DNA from: Eledone cirrhosa
Taxonomy: Eukaryota
Direction of reading: 5' to 3'
Assembly: GCA_964016885.1 (NCBI GenBank)
Contig: OZ024748.1
Location: 50,654,001 to 50,718,000 of the forward strand
DNA: 64,000 bases
Below the pieces are notes generated by a model. That model was given only the letters and a program-made list of their open reading frames with translations, searched no databases and was not told the origin of the DNA. This document shows, in pieces, positions 58,876 through 64,000 of the stretch; position 1 is the stretch's first letter, and each line of letters begins with the position of its first letter. The position numbers and the translations under genes were made by a program.

Positions 58876-59300
58876 ATATATATGTATTTTGATTTAGGTG
58901 TCACAGAATCTCTACATCGGATTTTAACAGCAATTCCGGGAGTCCCGGTCTGGTTATCATTTATTTTTTATCATTTATTTTGTTTTGACCTGTTTAGCTT
59001 GATTTGGTTTTTGGTTTGGGTGGTTAATGCCTTCTTGTTTTGACTGCTAACGTAATAGGCAAGTTTTGTATGGCTTCTTAACACATTGTTTAGCTCTGGT
59101 ATTGAGCACTTTGCCAGTATAATTTCTGATTTTTGCGTTTTGCTTCGCTTTTCCTGCCCGCCGAAATGCGACTCTTTATTTGTATATACATATATATATA
59201 GAAGTGGTAACACAACAGTTAGTTCACCATACCGAGAACAATTGTTTTACCTTAGCGAATTTTCAGCTCGTAATCCTTGACACATATTTTCCTTCACATA

Positions 59301-59403
<103 letters not shown>

Positions 59404-60060
59404 GAGAGAGAGAGATTGGTAAAGAAAGAGAGAAATGTAGGCCGAGTAAAAGAAAATATGTATCAAGGAAAAATATTTCGACGGGATATTTGTTAACAAA
59501 CACCGAGTATGAACGAAGAATTCTGTTTGAAATATTACTTCAACATTTTTTTCTCTTACCTATCACTATTGAAATTCTTTCAGAAATATAAAGAAAATAA
59601 TAATAAACCAAATCATGTAGTTAAATAATAATAAATAACGAAAAAGTAAAGAAAAGCAAATAGAACAGCTAAAGGAAACCGTTTCTAATTAGATGGCACG
59701 GATAATCTTCGATTAGATTATATATTAAACTTGCCTATTATGTTAGCAGTCAACTAAAGAATTTGATATGGTAATTATGCCTACTATTAGCTCTAGAAAA
59801 GTAGAATACAATTAACTTGCTATGTAGATGAGTACAGTTAGATTCGGTAAAAATTATTCAGTTAACATTGCAGAAGCGTAGAAGAGTCGATTGATGAATA
59901 ACAAAAGAAGAAGAGGAACAAAAAAAAAAAAAATAAGTAAGTGAACTAGAAAAGTAGAATATTATTAGTACTGTCAAAAGGAAACGAAAGGAAAAAGTGA
60001 AAGACATAAAAATATATGAATATATATATATATATATAAAGAAGAATAATGGTAATGATT

Positions 60061-60117
<57 letters not shown>

Positions 60118-60452
60118 GTGGTGATGGTGGTGATGATGATGATGATGATGGTGATGATGGTGATGGTGGTGATGATGATGATGCTGATGATGATGATGAT
60201 AATGATAATAGTAATAATAATAAAGATAATAATGATAATAATGAAAGAATTAGATTATGTATATTAGCGAGGTTTAGATATTGGAATCTATTATGGTAAC
60301 ACAATAAGAAACGAACAAGATAACGGAATTGCCTATTTAGTATTGCACCTATTAGGTATATAAAATTAATCTATAATGGTTTATATATATATATATATAT
60401 ATGAGTGTGTGTTTGTGTGAAACTGTCTCTCTCTCTATATATACATACAAAA

Positions 60453-60592
<140 letters not shown>

Positions 60593-60700
60593 ACACATAT
60601 GTGTATCTCTACGTATGCACGTATATGTGATTCACCTCTCTTTTTATCTGTTTGTCTTTCTCTGTCTCTGTCTCTGTACTCTCTCTCTCTCTATATATAT

Positions 60701-60918
<218 letters not shown>

Positions 60919-61014
60919 GTGTGTGTTCACTTTTAAATGGAATACTCTATACATTAAGTAAAGAATATACATGATTAATAAAATACATCACATATATGTA
61001 TGGTGTTTGTGTGC

Positions 61015-61049
<35 letters not shown>

Positions 61050-61239
61050 CATAAATACATTCCTACATACTGATATTTTACACGTTGTCAATATATGGTG
61101 TATATAAATGTGTGTATATATTTGAAGTTGCGACTGTCTATATACGTATGGGAATGTATTTATATGAAAATGAATGTTGTTTAATTTTATTGATATGATG
61201 GATTGGATATTACGGTGAAGTTTTGCTAAAGTCCTGCTC

Positions 61240-62595
61240 CTCCCCACCACCACAAGCATCACCAGCACCACCACCACTACTACCACTACTAGCACTACCA
61301 CCAACAGCAGCAGCACCACCACCACAACTACTAGCACTATCGCCAGCAGCAGCAGCAGTACCACCACCACCACCACCACTACCACCATTAACAGCACCGC
61401 CAACACCACCACCACCACCACCACCAGCAATACCACTACCACCATCAGCAGCACCACTACCAGTATCACCCCTCCCCCATCTTCACCATCATCACCTCCA
61501 TCACCACCGGCGCCACCACCACCAGCACCAACCACCACTACCAACACCACCACCACCAATACCACTACCGTCACCATCACCACCACCACCACCACCACCA
61601 ATACCACCACCAACACCATCATCACCATCATCACCTCCATCACCACCGGCGCCACCACCACCAGCACCAAAAACCACTACCACCACCACCACCACCAATA
61701 CCACTACCGTCACCATCACCACTACCACCACCACCAACAGCACTACCAACACCACCACCACCAACACAACCAACACCACCACCATCACCACCACCAACAC
61801 CACCACCACCAACACCTCCATCAGCAACACCACCACGGCGCCACCACCACCGGCACCAACCACCACTACCAACACCACCACCACCAATACCAACACCACC
61901 ACCACCAACACCTCCATCAGCAACACCACCACAGGCGCCAGCACCACCAGCTCCAACCACCACTACCACCACCATCACCACCACTACCACCGCCACCAAC
62001 AGCACTACCAACACCACCACCACCACCATCAACACCACCACCACCATCACCTCCATCAGCAATACCACCACCGGCGCCACTTCCACCAGCACCGACCACC
62101 ACTACCACCACCAACCACCACCAATACCACTACCGTCACCACCACCAACAGCACTACTAACACCTCCACCACCACCAACACGACCACCATCACCTCCATC
62201 AGCAACACCGCCACCGGCACCACCAACACCACCAACACCACCAGCACAACCACCAGCACCAGCACCACTACCACCACCACCAACACCACTACCGTCACAA
62301 CCACCACCAACACCACTACCACCACCACCACCACCACTACCACCACCACCGACACCACAACCACCAACACTACCACCAGCACCAGCACCACTACCCCCAC
62401 CACCAACACCACTACCGTCCCCACCACTACCAACACCACTACCACCACCACCAACACCACCAACACCACTACCGTCACCACCACCACCAACACCACTACC
62501 ACCACCACCAACACCACTACCGTCACCACACACCACCACCAACAACAACAACACCACTACCACCACTACCCCCCTCCACCACCACCAGCACCAAT
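61240..62595. repeat. (ACC)n cryptic triplet repeat with higher-order units
   Basis: Seen directly. Recurrent CACCTCCATCA(C/G)C and CCACTACCGTCAC motifs. A shorter similar tract lies at 44995-45340. Confidence 0.95.
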
Positions 62596-62982
62596 GAAAT
62601 CAACAGCGCCAAAGAATAACCTACAAAAAACAGAAAATAATTAAAACAACACAAGTATAAAACTTGAAAAAAGGAGTCTATAAGAGATAAAAGATATATA
62701 CACCCAGTTGCATAATTAGATAAAAATTAGAAATAGATGTGTTCTTTCGTTTTCCTTTATTAGATGTTATTATTTAATGAAATACTGTGCATCACGGGAA
62801 AAATTAAGCAAAGAAATAATTTATCAAGTAACAATACGATCAGAAACTAAAATATATATCATCGAAGACAAACTATCTTTGTTATACAACCATGTATTCC
62901 ATGATTATATGCAATGTTTGCAACATTTGCACATACATATACGCATATACACATATATACATAAATGCAAATTTTGTATTTA

Positions 62983-63083
<101 letters not shown>

Positions 63084-63772
63084 TTAAGGATACTATTTAT
63101 GGTTATGTATATACTAAAACCTTTTATAGTTATATATATTTTAAACCCTAAATAGCGAAAGACAGTAATTTATTACTACCTTATTACCAGTAAGATAAAT
63201 AGCTCAATGTAATAACATCAGTTGTTCTACAGAGCAGTTATATACAAATTACATGAATCAAAGTTCTGTTCAAATCATTTATTCGCTTACAATTGTTTCT
63301 TCCAAACCGAGGTTAGGAGTCTTCCGAGCAATTTTTCAATGATTGTTTACATACATGACCTCCTTTCCAACACAAGAGACATACGGAAACATATGTATAT
63401 ATTGATGCACAGTGGGTTGACATCCATTATAATATTTTAGCATGGCAATTTACATTCAAAGATTAAAGTCATATTAACAGAAAACAATATATATATAGAC
63501 ATATTGTTATAATATTGCGAGAAATAATAATAATGCACAGCCACTGTCTGTTTTGGATTGGTTTTCGCTTCTGTATCTTCTATACCTCCATATAAATTTA
63601 TCTGGTAATCAATGTTTCTCATTGATTGACCAACGGTTAAAAATACATACATATATATATATATAGTCTATCAAATTTCTTTCGTCACACATGTGTGACA
63701 TCATCGGGGATACTATTATGTTTTCTCCCGTTGTATTGTAATGTCTACTCCATTTTTTTCATTTTATTTTAT

Positions 63773-63805
<33 letters not shown>

Positions 63806-64000
63806 TTGTGAGTGTGTGTGAGTGTATGTATATGTGTGTGAGTGTATGTATATGTGTGTATGTGTATATCCGCATGTGGTTGACGGTTGAGAGAAAGGAG
63901 TACTTAAAATGAATATTAAATCTCTCCTGAAGTAGAGATTTAATATTCATTTTAAGGAGTTTCACTTGTTTATTACTGGGTCGAAATTATTTTCCATTTC

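Noticed and set aside
58971-59213. ORF ending ...EIILAKCSIPELNN, reminiscent of a PLE GIY-YIG C-terminus
   Set aside because: The similarity is limited to a short E..I....P.LN pattern. It needs an HMM search.

Overview
AT-rich, microsatellite-saturated eukaryotic non-coding DNA, intergenic or deep intronic. The dominant tRNA-derived SINE resembles those I recall from octopod cephalopods, so the host assignment is an inference. No convincing host protein-coding gene is present: almost every ORF in the track is a translation of (TA)n, (CA)n, (CAT)n, (ACC/AAC)n or (AGT)n repeats. Recognisable content is more than 20 copies of one tRNA-derived SINE, often stacked in tandem at one target site; 3' fragments of RTE, CR1/L2, L1/Tx1 and R4/Dong LINEs; and a piggyBac-like MITE. 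The main finding is a set of short non-coding inserts inside (TA)n tracts that carry hammerhead ribozyme (HHR) motifs from several unrelated sequence families. Two have intact folds: 39121-39248 (+) and 53920-54009 (+), the latter with a compensatory U3-A8 core pair. Others are degenerate. Two units of about 600 nt have terminal direct repeats that begin inside HHR stem III (retrozyme / Penelope pLTR-like). Several long palindromes are centred on HHR stem II or the core, which suggests fold-back cDNA synthesis. All folds and alignments were done by eye.
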